Shown piece by piece: positions 37,201 to 53,369 of a stretch of DNA of 64,000 nt. Below the pieces are notes generated by a model. It had not been told where the DNA came from and searched no databases. It was given only the letters and a program-made list of their open reading frames with translations. The DNA comes from Callorhinchus milii (taxonomy: Eukaryota), in NCBI RefSeq assembly GCF_018977255.1, contig NW_024704743.1, positions 44,208,001 through 44,272,000 of the forward strand, read 5' to 3'. The stretch's first letter is position 1. Each line of letters starts with the position of its first letter. The position numbers were made by a program, and so were the translations under genes.

Positions 37201-40200
37201 GGAAAAAAATCCTGTGTACACTTTTTTAAATGTTATGGTTAATCTTGCAGCTGTGTTTAATAAGTCCCATTGTAGGTACTAGTAATGTAACAAAATTAGC
37301 ATTTCCTTATTTTTAGTATAGTACCTTCTTATGTTGTTGGAACGGTTCAAACCACTTCAAAAGTGTAATCACTGTTTCCCACATCAGTGACCCACGGAAA
37401 GCCATGAAGTAAATGAACAATTTTATCTGGAAGATTGTTGGCCAAGACATCAAGAGAAACACCTTTTTTTCTGTAAAGTCCTGTAGTGTATTGGTTAGAG
37501 CACTCACCTTGCAAGCGAGAGGACCTGGGCTCAATTCCCGTGCAGGACGAAACGTTGGGCAAGTTTCCTTACTCCACATTACTCTGTTTAACAAGCAGTA
37601 ATTAGGAACCCAGTTGTTAGTCGATTAGTGGATCGCTTTTCCGAGGGTAATAATTCTTTCTAAAGGATAATAATTTGGTCACTCAATCCACGACTGTTTA
37701 TGGGACACTGCTGTGTGTAATTGGCTACTGTATTTCGCCCACAAAGTATACAGTTAGTTTGAGACATCTCGAAGATGTGATAAGGTGCTATATCAAATGC
37801 AAGGATTATTATTATTATTATTTCAATTAATTCCATAGGATCTTTCATGTGCACCCTGAACAACCCCACAACCTTCTGATTCAGAGATAAGAGTGCTACT
37901 GACTGAGCCAGGCTGACACTTTTTGCTTGTGAAGAAGCATAATATATCATAACATTTGATATAGTGAGATGTTATTGAGACTTCTCGAAGTTCTTCACAG
38001 GATTTATTGTAAAGTGACTGTGTATTTGTTTGGCAAGCACAGCAGTTAGTTTGCACACCAAATATCCCACAAACAGCCATGAAGTGAATGACCAATTTTA
38101 TCGGTGGGATTGGTGGCCGGACACCAGGAAAAACTTTCTTCTCTTTTTAAATAGTGTCATGAAATCTTTAACATCAATCTGAAGAGGCAAATGGGACCTT
38201 GATTTAAAGAATCATCTGAAGGACGGCATCTCTGGACAATGCAGCACTTACCCAGCAATGTCAGCCTAAACTGTGAATTCAAAGTCCCCAATGTGGAGCT
38301 TGAACCCACAAACTTCTGTCTCAGAGTCGTAACTGCCTCTGAGCCTCTGGTGACTTAGTGAGGCTGACACTAATTGGGGAATATTATATATGAGAAGTGT
38401 TTCAACTTGAATTGGTGTATCTTAGAGCCACAAAGAACTTAAAGCAGACAGCAGACTGGCACATTCTACAAAAATCCATTCACCATGTTGGAGATGAATG
38501 TTTGTTTAAAAATATGACAGTGGGACTCTTAAACCATGAGGCGACTGCTGCTGAAATGCATAAACTACACACTTAAGTAATCCATTAACTGAGAACAAAT
38601 GCCTCTAAACCCTAAAGTGAAGTGGTTTAAATTCAATTAAAATCTTCAGTTACTGGAGTGTGGAGCAGAACCTGATGCACTCTACTTTCAAGGAATATCA
38701 TTTGGACTTTAGTTGTTGTCTTATGCTACTTTACAGTGATGATTTTCTTTAACTGGCTCTTATGAATGGACCTGATGTGTTGTCATGGTGTAAGACAAAT
38801 CCATGTCTGTACCTGCAAGGAATACGACTGATCTGTTCTTCTCTCTAATTTAAAGCAATTGGAGTATTTACATTCACCCATTGACTCTAAACCCAACATG
38901 ATTGTATCACGCTTTACTGGGCTCTACCGTTGAAATTGAGGTCCATGACAGGCTAAGTCAGGCACTATCTTTTACTCTCATTTCACTTCCATAACCAGAG
39001 GAACAAAAAGGTTAAAAACAAGTTGGGGGAAAAAGTCCTGCTATATTAAATGTGAAAGTACAAAATTAAAACAGAATTTTTTTAAAAAACGGAGCCAGAA
39101 CGAGTATATGTATTCTAAGTAACAGAATATGTATAATTCCAATAAAGTTTGTAAGCAATGGGGGGTTTTCTCCCTATTTGATAAATTTATCAAAGTGTAG
39201 TGCTGAGCAGGTGACCGACAAAATGTGCAGTAATCAAGCCATAGTAACCTGTTGATTTTTTTAAAAAACGGTTTGTTTGAAGTACTGTAATGTTGCTGAG
39301 TGAAGGGGGCAAGCAGAAGAGTGGGGAGATAGGGAACCAACAGAGCCTGGCAAGGCTGGAGTAATGAGCATGTAATTCTTTTTAGAAATTGCTAATTTAT
39401 TTTCCTGATATTTACTTAACAAAAAATCCCAAATGCATGCAGAACAACAGCCCGCTCATTTAAATCATGTTTTCTCACTTCAAAATGCCGGCCACCAGAA
39501 GTTGACCAATTGGCCAAAGAGCTTTCTTCATCCGAACTGATGTTGTGATCTTCGCACTACTCTTGAGGGAATCAGTCTGAAGATCACAATGATTTTGTGA
39601 TCATTCTTCACATGATTTTAGTGGTTTAAACACACACACTCACGCACATTTGGGAATCCCTGTAGAAGTGTTCATGTTTGTGCAAAGTGAAACAGAGCAT
39701 AAATTCTGATCAAAAAGAGACTCAATTTGCAAAAATATTACAAATGCATGCTTAAACTGAATTGTTTTGTATGCAAGCACTGAGACAGGATTCAAAATTA
39801 ACACCAACATACTTGATTAAAGCGGAGTGCATTGAATTAATGTAAAAAGTAACCACCGTCAGCAGAAACATTTACATGTCATTAAAAAGATTTGCATTAT
39901 ACAGAGCAACCCCATTATAATGCGATCAGATAGGTCCAATCTCTCAGGCCACATTATAAGTGAACGTGAGACAATGACCCACTTCCATGTTGTGCATTAC
40001 AGAACAACGGCAACCTGATCACCCAGAGAGATGGCCAATTTTTAGTATGGAAATTCAGCTAGTCAATGCTGGAAGAATTGTGCACAGGACCACACAGTAG
40101 ACTCACGCCATGGTCTAACTAAGTGTATTTGCAATATGGAGGTGTGGGGGGCTGGGCGGTGGGGGCATTATAATGATGTTGCCCTGTATATTGTACTATG

Positions 40201-43200
40201 TATTACATAATGTATTATGATAACAGGAAAAAATGTATTCTGTGAAGTAATAGAATCTGTATTTGATAATATTTAAGAAGATACAATAGTAGTAATAGTC
40301 ATAATCCTTGCATTTGATATCGTGCCTTATCATGTTGTTGAGCCATCCCAAAACTGTACTCAATATGTTAGGTTCGCTGAAGTCAGAGGACATTTTTGTC
40401 TATCAGGTCTGTCTTTCACACAGAGTTGAATTTTGCGTAAAGGCTGGGATGTAGGACAAAGGGTTGAGTGTTTCAGAGGCCCATTCACGTGGTTGCATCT
40501 CAACTCAATGGTGGTACTGATAATGTTTAGACACATGATGATTAGAGGCTAAAAGTGCTCTGGGACGCTACCCCATGTGAAGGCTGCTATATAAATGCAA
40601 CTCCTTGTTGTTATATCTAAAGTGCTCGATTTCTAAAGTTTGTCAATCTGTATTATAGAGGCCTGTAGCATAGTGGTTAGCGCAATCGCCTCACAAGCAA
40701 AAGGATCTGGGTTTAATTCCTGGATGGGGCAAAATCTTGGGCAAGTTTCCTTACTCCACAAGACTGGGTGGATCGCTTTCCAGGGTAATGACCCCTTTTT
40801 AAAAAAATAATAATTTGATCAGTCAATCCATGACCACTGTATGCATTGTTTTGTCCACAAAATATACAGTCAGTTCACTGTACGGTGTATTCTGAGAAGA
40901 ACTTTGATACGTCTTAGTGACAAGGCGCGATATCAAATGCAAGGGTTATTATTATTATTATTATTTATTATTATGGGAGAAAGGTGTCTGTGCATGGGCA
41001 ATTTTGTCATTTCTACCATTAGCTAAGCTAAGATAAATATACTACATAGACTTCTGAATAATCTGCAGTTTGTGAAGTGAAGACTTGGGAACTCCAGTGA
41101 GCAGGGAGTTAGGAGAGTTAAGCCCAGACATAATGAAAGCATGGATGAGGGTTTCAGCGGCCTGAAAAGAAAGGTAGTGGTGGAGGCGGGCAATATTGAG
41201 GAGGTGGGGGAAGGTAGAACAGGTCTTGGCATGGATGTGGGGTTTCAAGGACAGTTGAGGGTCGAATAAGATAGCAAGGTTCCAAACTAGCTCAGTGAGG
41301 TGTAAAGTGCATCCGTGAATAGTGATGCCGTCAGCGCCTGAGGTGAGGAAGTGCTGACAGAAACCAAGTAGGAGGGCCTCCGTCTTGTCGACATTCAACT
41401 GGAGAAAGTTGGCTCTCATCCAGGACTTGATGTCTGTCAGACAATCCGCCAGGACAGCAGTGGTCCTGGAGTTGAGGGTGGAGGCAGAGATAGAGTTCAG
41501 TGTCATTCACATGCATGTGGAAGTTAACCCCATACCTGTGGATGACATCACTGAATGGGAGCAAGTAAATATTCAAGAGGAGAAGACAATAGACAAAGCC
41601 CCGAGGAATGCCACACCTGACATTGCAAAGGTTAGAGGAAAAGTCTTTAATGGATGTAAAGACAAAGATAGAACTATGAAGGTAGAGCTGAGAGGAGAGT
41701 AGGTGGAGATGAATAGAATGGGCAACAGTAACGTATGCAGCAGAGAGATCGAGAAGGACAAGAAGATGGAGAGAGCTCTGATCACAGAGGGACAGAATGT
41801 CATTTGTAACTTTCATTAAGGATGCCTTTGTACTGCGTGTAGCATGGAAACCCGATTGGAGGGGTTCATAAAGGGAGTGGCGGGAGAGGAAAGAGTGAAG
41901 CTGGGAAGCAACGACTCATTCCAGAATCTTGGAAAGAAAGGGAAGGTTTGAGATGGGATGGTAGTTAGAGAACAGAGATGGGTCAAATGAAGGTTTTTTG
42001 AGGGTGTGGGGTGCTGATGGCTATGGCTGTTTTTAAGGGTGCTGGGAATAGTGCCAGTTTGCAGAGAGGCGTTGATGATATTTCTTAGGGAGCTGGACAA
42101 CAAGGTTGAGCTGGAAAGTTATGAGCGAGGTAGCCCCCTCTCTTCTACTTTCAGGTCTTGGCTAAAGACCTTTCTTTTCGACTACTCCTTTGGTCACCTT
42201 CTTCCCCCTCCCCCTGGCTCGGCCCCGGGATCCATTATTGTGAAGCGCTCTGAGACGCCGTCCGGGGTGGGGGGCGCTATATAAATCCGAGTTGTTGTTG
42301 TAGTGATGGGGTCAAGGGGTGGTGGGTTTCATTCGGAAATCAATGAAGTGAGAGAAGAGGGGGAGAGGGGGTCAAAAGTGTGGAGGCAGGAATAGGAGAA
42401 GGGGAAAAGGGAGGTGGGGAGGGAAAAATACAAACCCCTTTAACCTTTCAACAGCAACAACAACAACTTGCATATATATGGCACCCTCAAGCAGGACGCT
42501 ATTCTGCGACCCTCACGCAGGGTAACTTCCCAGAGTGCTTTCAGTCTCTCGTACTGAACACCAGTGCCACACTCAACTGGTATTAGCTCTTTTTCTTTTG
42601 GATTCTTCTCCAGTTGCTTTCATTGCTTGGCAGTTGAACACAGCGTTTACTTGGAAGTCTTCTCAATGTCACTGAATTGTTTGTGAACATTGTGCCAGCT
42701 CCTTTTTTTCAGAAAATTGTGTTAACCCACGAAACAACCTTCTACAAGGCTTCCCTCCTTGAATTTATTTCAATTCATATTGATCAATAAAAAGTTACAT
42801 CTTTTTTGTACATTGTTTCTTCCACTGCTGACCATTGAGTCGGGTCCATTTCTGACTTAGTGAATACAGATTTGAATTTTTCTTACTGTCACATTTTAAT
42901 TCTGACATTAGTTTGACACAGGGGATCATAATTTCTGTTTCATTCTTGTACACAACTGTGATTATTGCTGGGGTTTCTGACTGCATAGTAGCAGATTGGA
43001 AAATTGTGCACTTGTGGTTTGGTGCTGATTGAAGAAAATAATGTCCAATAACTGCATTGATCTGAAAATAAAGCTTTGCATTATATACTGTGTGTTTAAC
43101 TTGAATCCCTGATTAGGGGATGTTCAATTTTAGTAGCCAAAGGATTACCGTTAAAATATTATAAAATGTATAAGTCAATAATTTATCATTTATGTTTCGC

Positions 43201-46200
43201 CCCCAAAATATACAGTCACTACACTTTACAGTATATTCTGTGAAGCGCTTTGAGACATCTTGAAGACTTGATAAGACACTATATCAAATGCAAGGATTGT
43301 TATTATCATCGCCTTTAGGTAAAACCCAAATATTGGGTTAAATTTAGCTGGTTAAATTTGCATCTTTAAATGATTTACAATTGCTTAAGGCAGGTTGTAT
43401 AAAGAACCCCGATGTACCCACAGTTGTGACTTTGCATTTAATAGATCTGATTCTAGTGTTCTTTGATTTACCATAAGAGCATTTCTTTTTCTTCTATGGA
43501 ATTAAAAGCCACACAATAAGTATAAAAGGTTGATTTAACACTTTTGCTCATACAAGACTGTTCCATCATTTAGCATGATTTACTGGACTGTACTTGACTA
43601 ATAGGCATTGTAGGTGATGTAAGTTATGCCTTTGTATAAACAGCCAGACATTCTAACTGTCACATTCATTTCTGTAGAGGACTACTGTGTGCATACAGTA
43701 TTGCAATCCCTTCTAGGGAATGAAGGGATTTGTGTGAATAATGCCAGAACAGCAGCTGAAGGGAAGCGCTAAAATAAATTATTCAATAAAGACTTCATTG
43801 TATTGTATTGTAATATAAGAAAATAATCTCATTATATTTATGAACAACACTGCAAGCCTTTCATTTATACAGTGGTACTTGGATTTCACATTACCAACTT
43901 TTTTCCCATCAATCAGTTAAAAAAAATATTTTCACCCAAATAATGCCATGCTTTCTTTTAATGTCCACCGAAATAGGTAGATGGGACCTTAGTTTACCAT
44001 CTCATCCAAGGTCCACACATCCAACAATGCAGCACACCCCCAGCATCACCCACAACCTTCTAACTCAGAAATGAGAGTGCTACCACTGAGTCACATAACA
44101 TGGCCAGTTCACACCCAGTGATTATTTGAATATGCCAATAATCATTGCATCTCTGATAAATGATATAAATTCCAACAGCTCAGCACAGAAAATAAAACAT
44201 AATGGAAGAAAGGGAAGAAAATAGCAATATTGTATGACTTCCTATGCACTCATCATGAGACCAGATGGTTTAATAAAAAATAATAAATTGGTCACTCAAT
44301 CCACGACTGTTTGTGGACACTGCTGTGCGCAATTTGCTGCTATGTTTTACCCACAAAATTTGCCTACAGTCAATTCACTTCACAGTATATTCTGTGAAGT
44401 GCTTTGAGACCTCTAGAAAACGTGATAAGATGCTACATCAAATGAAAGGATTATTATTATTATAAACTAAGAAAATGTGGGCCTACTGGATTGATCTTTC
44501 AAAAAGTTCACTTTGTGGATGATCCTTTGTGCTGTTAGAATTGGAAAGGCCTGGTTCTTTGGCCTCCACACAATTGGAGTATGATGAACACTTTCCTGTA
44601 AGTCATCTTAATCAATATAACCAATACAAGTGATGGGTATTAAAAGTACACTGGCAACAGCAATCATGTTTGGAATGTGTGCATTGACAGATGCATGAGC
44701 TGCAGAATTCTAAAGTCAGTCACATAAGTGTCCATTTGTCAATGAATAGGAACAAATTGCACTATAATGGTTTGCATTAAGATTTGGATCTTAATTTCCC
44801 ATTTGTGTAGTAATTAGCAGTACCAACGGAAGACACTGTATAATCTATGTTAAATTATGCAGAAATTACCCTTTTAAATAATACAAATCATGCTGTAAGG
44901 AAACCAGGAATAATTCAGTGTGAAAAAGAAATGGTGAAAAAAACTGTTGAGGCATAGATCTTATACAGCACCCTTTAAACACGAGCAGGTACAAATTAGT
45001 GCTACACAGCAGAAATAACAATGAGACAAAAGATAGTTTCACACTTCATTGTCTACATTTCTGTTCCAAAACATGGTCCCATCCAGCCTAGGTTAGATTG
45101 AGAGGGAGAACAGTGCACAATGTAAAAAGTTTTCACCATTGAGGCTGTCACATATTTCAGAGGAATTCACCACTCCAAACCCTTCCTTGACATGTATGAG
45201 AAAGGAATTTGAAGCAGCTGCAAGATCAATGTGTAGAACAGCATGGCTCACATAAAGGAAGAAATATGTGGTACAGGTCTTGTTTAAGCCTAATCAATAT
45301 TTAGCATAAATCACAGGTACTTAAAAATCCATCTGGTTGTCTCATACAGCTGCTGGTTATCCAATGCAGAGGCTATGTGTGACTGATTAAATTCAAAACA
45401 CTGTCAATACTGGCGGTATTCATCACTATAGTTGTACTTTTTGGTGTCACTGTAAATTGAACATTGATGTGGTGCTGACTTGAAATATCTATAGTGTAGA
45501 ACTGAACCATTATTACTTTTGTATCTTTCTGGTTGTCCTGTACTGTTGTCCTTGACTTGCTACCTTTCCTGAATAGTTTTTGGAAACAATTGTACAAAAT
45601 CGGGATGTGCTATATGCACTTTTGGAGTCTTTACCATTCTCCTATTAAGGGTACTTTAAGAAGGTGTGACTAAAGATACCAGACAGATTAAAATGTCAGG
45701 GTTGCCACTCACAGTTATATCGATGAAGACCCATATGAGCAGGGTAGATTATGATAAAGATCTTATCTCACAGAAGGTTAGAACGAAGATCTTGAAGTCA
45801 ATTTGATGGGGGAAGAGGGTCAAAGAAGCCTAGTAACAATAAGAATTCTTACATGGTACCAGGAATGAGGGACTTCAGTTATCAAGAGAGGCTAGAGAAG
45901 CTAGGATTATTCTGCTTGGAGCAGAGAACGTTAAGGGGAGATTTAATAGAGGTGTTCAAAATTATGAGGTGATTCGATAGGATGAACAGGGAGAAATTGT
46001 TTCCACTGGTGGGTGGGTTGTAACCAGAGGACACAGATTTAAAATAGTTGCTAAAAGAACTAGAGGGGAGGTGAGGAGAAATTTGTTCACACAGCGAGTT
46101 GTTCAGATTTGGAATGCATTGCCTGAAAGGGTGGTGGAAGCTGATTCAATAACAACTTTCAAGAGAGAAGTAGATAGATATTTGGGGAGGACAAGTTTAC

Positions 46201-49200
46201 AAGGCTATGGGGAGAGCGTGGGAGAGTGGGATTAATTTGGACAGCTCTTTCAAAGAGTCGGCATGGACACAATGGGCCAAATGGCCTCCTTCTGTGCTGT
46301 ATAATTCTATGATTCTATGATTTGGTAAAGCACTGTTCACATCAGGAGGATGTCCCAAAGTGCTTCACAAGATATACTGTAAAGTGCAGTGGTTGCATGT
46401 TGTGCGGACGAACACGGCAGCCAATTTGGAAACAGAAATGTTCCCCAAGCAGTCATGAAGTGAATGACCAATTTTATTTGAAGAATTGTTGGCCAGGACA
46501 CTAAGAGAAACTCCCTTCCCTTTTCGAATAATGCCATGGGATCTGTAACATCCACTTGAACATGCAGACAAGACCTCAGTTGAATGTCACAATGTAGCAC
46601 ACCCACAGCACTGCATACTCACACCTGTCCACAGCATTGGAGTTAGACTATATAAGTTCCAAGTCCCGACGTGAGGCTTGAACAAACAACCTTCTGCCTC
46701 AGTGTCCAAGAGTGCTACCAACTGAACTAGATAGAAACACAATGGGAGTGTTGAGGATCTGGAGTGTGTGGAAGATCAAGCTAGGCAGGCCAGCTTGGAA
46801 ATTGTTTAAGAAATCAAGACAAGGTGTCAATGCCATGATTGAGGATTTGGGCTGTGATAGGAGTGAAGTAAAGATGGAGATGAGTGATATTCCAGAGGTG
46901 GATCAAAGCAGTAGTAAAAAGATATAAGACTTAAAAGAGAGATAGATGAGTGTCAACAAAATGGCAAGAATTCACGCTGGCTCCTTGAGCTGGAGAGAGC
47001 AATCAGGGAGGTTGAGTTGGAGCCAGAGGCGAGGAAGAGATGCTGTCAGGAACCAAAACCGGATAACTAGCATTCGGTTGGAGGAAATAAAAGCTCACCC
47101 AGGCAGGCAGTCAGTATTGCAGTGTCCCTGGAGTCAAGTTTGGAAGCAGAAAGGTAGATTTAAGTGCCATCAGCACATGCATAAAAACTGTAGGCAGAGT
47201 TCCCAACATTATTCAACTGTCCAAGTAGTTAATGACTTGGGAGGTTCAAAATAACCATGGAAGAAGTTGAAGCTTTCCTCTTACGTTTTAGTGAAACTCT
47301 TCTCCTTGCCATCACTTGGCAGATGAATGGCATCAAGATGTTGTGCTAAGAATGGTGACGAGTGGGGGGTCCTGCTTAGGAGTACGCTGGTAATTCATAT
47401 CCAATACTTAAAGAATCTCTTTATTTAGATTGCAAGATCCCGGTGCCAACTGTCAATTAAATTTTCTGCAAATTGGCAACCAGTCCTCATGGTCTGTTTG
47501 TTGTAATATATGTTAATAATTGTAGAGTCCTGTAGCATATAGGTTGGTTAGAGCATTCGGCTCGCAGACGAACAACCCGGGTTCAATTCCCAGACAGGAC
47601 GAACACCTTAGGCAAGTTTCCTTAGTCCACACACCTCTGTTTACCTAGCAATAAATAGGATCCCGGTGTTAGTCGATTGGCGGCTCGGTAATAATCCCTT
47701 TAAAAAAATAAGAATAATTTAGTCATTCAATCCACAATTGTTTGAGGGACACTGCTGTGTGCAATTGGCTGGCGCAAAATAGTCAATTGACTTTACAGTA
47801 TATTCTGTGAAACGCTTGGAGACATCTCAATGATGTGATAAGACCCTATATCAAGTGCAATGATGATGATTATTATAGCTCTGTATCTAGCACAAAGAGG
47901 GTGAGGGAGGTCACATTGCAAATGGAAAGATCAAGCCTAATGACATGATAGCCTTACAGTCAGCATGTGAAGTTAAATTCTAATCAGTCCCACATTCAGA
48001 TTCATGGTTCAGTGAGGATGACTTAGTTCTTTTTTACACATCTCATGAGACTAGTCAAACCAGACCAAAACAAATGTCATTGTTATTCCAAGTAGTTTTT
48101 ATTAATTCGTTAACCTTATTAATAAAAGAGCCTCATTAAACTGAAGTAATTTCAAAACTTTTTTTAAATAAAACTCCCCATTTAAGCTGTCTGAAACTGA
48201 AACTAGGGCATTTGAGGAAGGAAAGAAACTGCTTGGTATTGTTTTCCAAACATATGCTCTTGTTTAAATGCTGCGGGTTATTTTTTAGGGCTGGTTATAT
48301 CATCAAATAACATATTATTCTATAACTAAAGTATAAAGAATTTTAAAAATTCTCAGTTATTTGTAAATTTCAGTTGGATCAAGCATGATCAACTCTTGCA
48401 TTTGATAGAGCATCTATAATGTCAGAACATTTCCAAAACACTTACAACACAATACAAATTTACATAGCGCCTTTCCCATCAGGAGGATGTCCGAAGGTGC
48501 TTAACAATACTGACTTGACACCCAAGCTGGGGGTGGGAGCCCAGGGGGGTAGGGAGGGAAAAGATGACCGAAAGCACAGTCGAAGTTCATAGTTAATTGT
48601 TGTCAGTATAGTGCTTACGTGTTTACAGACAACAGCCAGTTTGCACACAGTAAGATCCCAGAGTCAGCCAAGTGATTGCCTAATTCACCTGGTATTGGCT
48701 GAGACACCGGGAGAAACTCCTGTACCTTTTTGAATAGTATTATGGGATGTTTAATGTTCACTTGAACAGGTCGAGTGGACCTCAGTTTAACATCTTGTCC
48801 AAAAGACAGCACCTCCAACAATGCAGAGCTCCTCCAGTACTGCAATGGAGCATTAGCTTAGACTGTCAACTCACAAGTTCTCATTTGGAGCTTGAACCCA
48901 CAACCTTCTGATCCAGAGGCAAGACTGCTACCCATTGAGACAAACTGACAGTATAACAGTAAAATTCTTCACTAACTAATGTATTAAGATCTCATTTTTA
49001 TTTGCCTCTTGAGAAATTACTTTGCCTTTCCCAGCTTCATTTCCCATATTGGAGCAGAAAAGTAATTTGGGTCATTTATATTAGATTTGGAACTTAACAT
49101 TCCCTCAAAAAAATATATAGTCACTCAATCCACCACTCTTTGTAGAACACTGATGTGCGCAATTGGATGCCGTGTTTCACGCACAGAATATACAAGTCCC

Positions 49201-49374
49201 TAGACTTTACAATATATCCTGTGAAGCGTTTGAGACATCTCAGCAACGTGATATATCAAATGTAAGGATTATTATTTATTAACATATGGCAGTAAATGTG
49301 CATTAAGTTCCCAACTTCCGAACCTGGAGCTCTCCCTCAGCAGCCGCTACTCTGAGCAGCCAGACAGGCAAAAC

Positions 49375-50717
49375 ATGGAGCGGGTGCTGTACAAATAGAC
49401 CAACTACCTAGGTGGCTGGCAGCCACATACTTTGTGCTGGACGGCAGCATATTCTCGTACCATGACTCGCAGGAAGATGCTGCAAAGGGAGTAAAGGCAG
49501 CATCAAATGTGCACTGTGTGAAATAAAAGGTCACGTAGCAGACAACACCCGCGTTGACCTAGTCATCCCAGGGAAGCAATACTTCTACCTCAATGCTGTG
49601 AACGCTAATGCTGCAGAAAGGCAAAAATAGTTGGTGGCACAGGGCAGTGGCAAAACCTGCCTGGCAGACATCAGGACCAAAAAAGGAGAGAGTTATCAGT
49701 GAGAACAACGATTCCTTGACATGGAAAATGTCTGAACGCCGACTCTATTGCAATTTGCTGATGCAGCAGGAATACTAGATCCAGGAGTCTGCACAGCCTG
49801 ACCAATGTGGTTCCACTCCTGATATGGAGAAAATGATCAAGGCTTCTTCTTTGCTTAAAGCCACATGCAATACCTTTATAAAGACACTAGAGGACTGATA
49901 AAGATAGCAAGTGGCCTAATATCTCCAAAATTTCTCTCATCCCCGGAGTTGTCCATGTTGCCTCCACTCCTCTTTCCAGGATTAAACATTCTGTTAATCA
50001 TACTGGTGTTACATCTGACAGGAACGCAGAATTAAACCAGGACCAGAAGGGTTCGGTCACAGTCATGAGAAATCTGGAGGAGATGGCCACACACTGAGCA
50101 ACCAGGTGGATAAGACAGGCGGCAGAAAGCAAGAGGACAGACAGCAGTCATTAGACTGAGCCAGCATATTCAATGCAGACTCCCCAGAAGGTTAAAGACC
50201 AGTCTGCGGGCAGTGTCAACTGTGAATAGAGAATCGCAGGGAAATTGCCCATGCCTCCCTGGGAAGAAGAAACCAATTGGACATGATTTTTGTTTTATGT
50301 TGAGGGAAGATATTGACAACATGAAGAAAACCCATTCTTTGCTGCATTCAGAAAATTACCAGAATTGCACAATAAAATTCAAGATTGGAAATCTACAGAC
50401 ACAGTAGGAGATTTCGGTGACCTGACTCATTAATCTTGGTGTTCAAAGCCTCCACTAACTTGCTCATGGTGAGTAATGAATTTTACAGGCGTTATTTAAG
50501 TGTTTTTTTATAAAACGCCAATGTATAGCTGAAATTCCAGTTTAGATATTGTACTCCCTTATTTCCAAGCTTATCCGACAATTTTACGTGGGGAAGGGAA
50601 ACTTCAGCCCATGCTAATTGATGATTTCTCCATCCTGAGGTAAACAAAACTGACATTTCTTCACTCCTCCACCTTCCATGCACACTCTCAAAGAAATAAA
50701 ACTCTGCCAAGAAAAAA
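49375..50717 (+). pseudogene. PLEKHA3: Second copy of the PLEKHA3-like processed pseudogene (copy B)
   Basis: Same disabling stops and frameshifts as 24612-25954; only a few substitutions in the 3' part. Confidence 0.9.
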
Positions 50718-53369
50718 GTGAATCCTGTGGCGTATTGGTTGGAGTACTTGCCTCACAAGCGAGAGAATTCATTTTTGATTCCCGGGCAGGGAAAAACCTT
50801 ATGCACGTCTCCTTCCTACACACTGTAGTAGTAGTAGTACATTGTAAACCAGTTGTTAGTCAATTGGTGGTTCGCTTTCCAGGGGTAATAAACAACAACT
50901 TGGTCACTCAATCCCCATCTATTTTTGGACACTGTTGTGCAAAATTGGCTGCCGCCCACAAAATATACAGTCAATTTACTTTAAGTGCTTTGAGAAGTCT
51001 CAACAACGTGATAAGACACTATTTCAAATTACTATTGTATTTAGGAATCAGTGGTCTACAAAGGAAACCTCTTCTTCTGACACTAAGTTTATTTGAAATA
51101 TGCATGCTAATCTGTGCTTCTCTAAAATGAGAAAGTGAAGTACTGTACTATACTGGATACTGGTTGGTATAAAATCTTAACCACCACGAATGGTCATGGA
51201 CTGCAGAGTAAAATGAAAACTTTCTACAGTTCAACACTTGCTATATGTTGACGAGAAATCTTACCAATGTGTAAAATCCATATTAAAGGATTTCTCCAGT
51301 ATAATATGTGGACCTGAATTCTTAGAATGTTACAAAATTAAACTGGGCTGTTAATATAGATTTAAGCAGTATATCAATACTGAAAGAAAGGATATTAAAT
51401 GAAGAATTGAGAACACTTCTGACTAACGCTAATTTACTAAGTATCGTATTAAATATATTTTATCATTTTCCTCTCTGCCTCCTGATTTGCCTCAATATCC
51501 CTTAACTAAATACAGAGCAATCTTTCTATGGTGTGGTTCACTTCTGATGTGGACTGGTTGGTTTCTGCCCACAGGATGAAAGCTGATCAGTGTGTTTTGT
51601 GAAAGAGGTCATAGCTGACTGGTGGGATTGCTGCTCACATGCACAAGAAGCTAGGCCTCATCAAAAGCTGTAGGTGGTGACCTGATGACTCAAAAAGGTG
51701 ACAGGGAGCCAATATTTTTGCAGACCTGTTAAACCATGTGTAATTCTATGGCCCCAAACACCACATTATAACAGGATGACTTGAAAAGTTGCTCTTGATC
51801 ATATACAAAGGGCTATTAATATAGCCCCTTCCTGTTTAATGCTTAATGAGATGCACCTTCTGGACTAGAATGATATCTGGGTAATTAATGGTATTGGCCT
51901 CTAAGCAGGAGAATTTTAATCCACCAGTATTCTACAAGAGATTTGCAATTTTTTATGAATTCAGGTATAATTCGACCAGAACCAAAGTGATACAAAAATA
52001 TTTTCCCTGCTAGAAACAAATTGCCCACTGAAATTTTTAGATATGAGTTTTTTAGACACTGGAATAAAAACATGAGCAAAACCAAAAATTACATAAATTG
52101 TTTTATAAAAACCACCATTTAAATAAATACTGATGAGCTGCAGTCACTGGAGCACACAGCGTATTTGAAAGTGGAACATGTTAGCCTAAGTGACTAATGA
52201 AGCCAAGTCAATTATGACATTTAAAGTGGATGGCTCCAGTGAGAGCTTGTGTGGCATAGATATCATGATTTGAATAGTCTACTTCTGTCCTGAAATTTCT
52301 TTGTTTATATAACATAAGAGGATTTCAATACACAAACAAAAATATTCTCATCCTAACACCAGGTTAATCAGTCTATGAAAAATCAAAAAAAAACCCCATT
52401 CAATGCTACTATAGCACCTCTCTTATTCCCAAACTATCTAGGGTACCCTGTAGAGATAACTGTTCAATTTACGCCCACAAATGCCATCAGTCAGAATAAG
52501 TAAGCCCAAATACATGCGAAAGATCAATAAAAAAAATCTTGCATATTGAAAATTCCATAGCACAATTCGAAAAAAGAAAGGAATTTCTCCCAGTGTCCTA
52601 ACCAACAACCCCCCAGATAAAACCCTACTGTCCAGCTGCTCCTTCTATTCAGCAAACACTGGTCTGATTTATGTTCCCCACCCAATCTGTGCCACCAACA
52701 GTGGACAAGCTTTCAGCCATTCTGTCCCCAGTCTCTCCTGAGAGAGAACACCTTCCTGGAGTACCTCTACCTCTCCCACCTTGAAGCCTTATATAAGACT
52801 TAGCTTCTTCCCAATGTAAATACCATTTACAATGTAACAGGGATCAATCTACTGTAATTTACTGGGGTGAGGGGCAGGGCTTGCCTCATTTGTTTTGGTG
52901 ACAACCTGTAAAATAGTGCCTTTCTCTAACACAGATCTGTTGTCTTCACCTCCCGTCCTGGTAGTTTCACAAGCTGACAAGACAAAAGTTCAGCTTGTTT
53001 CATTTACCCATACACCACTGCAATTTCTTTCTTGTGACCCTTGTATTTGATAATCTGACTAAGCTTTAGCCGTATATCCGGTTATCTGTGGGATCTTATA
53101 AAAGTATACAGTATCTGTTTGGCCTGTTTCCTACAGAACTTAATAATGAGAAACAATGATAACAGTATTTTATATTGTGTTTATTATTGAAAATAACACT
53201 GACACTATACTCGATCAAAATTCTCTTGTTTTTCGATTAGCTTGTTGACTAACATAATAGCAGTTTTCATAACTGACAATGATCTCATTATCTCAAGATT
53301 ATCTCATTATCTCTTGTGTCCAATTTGCATTATTTGCATTTGACACAATGTAAAGCTCACCACACATTT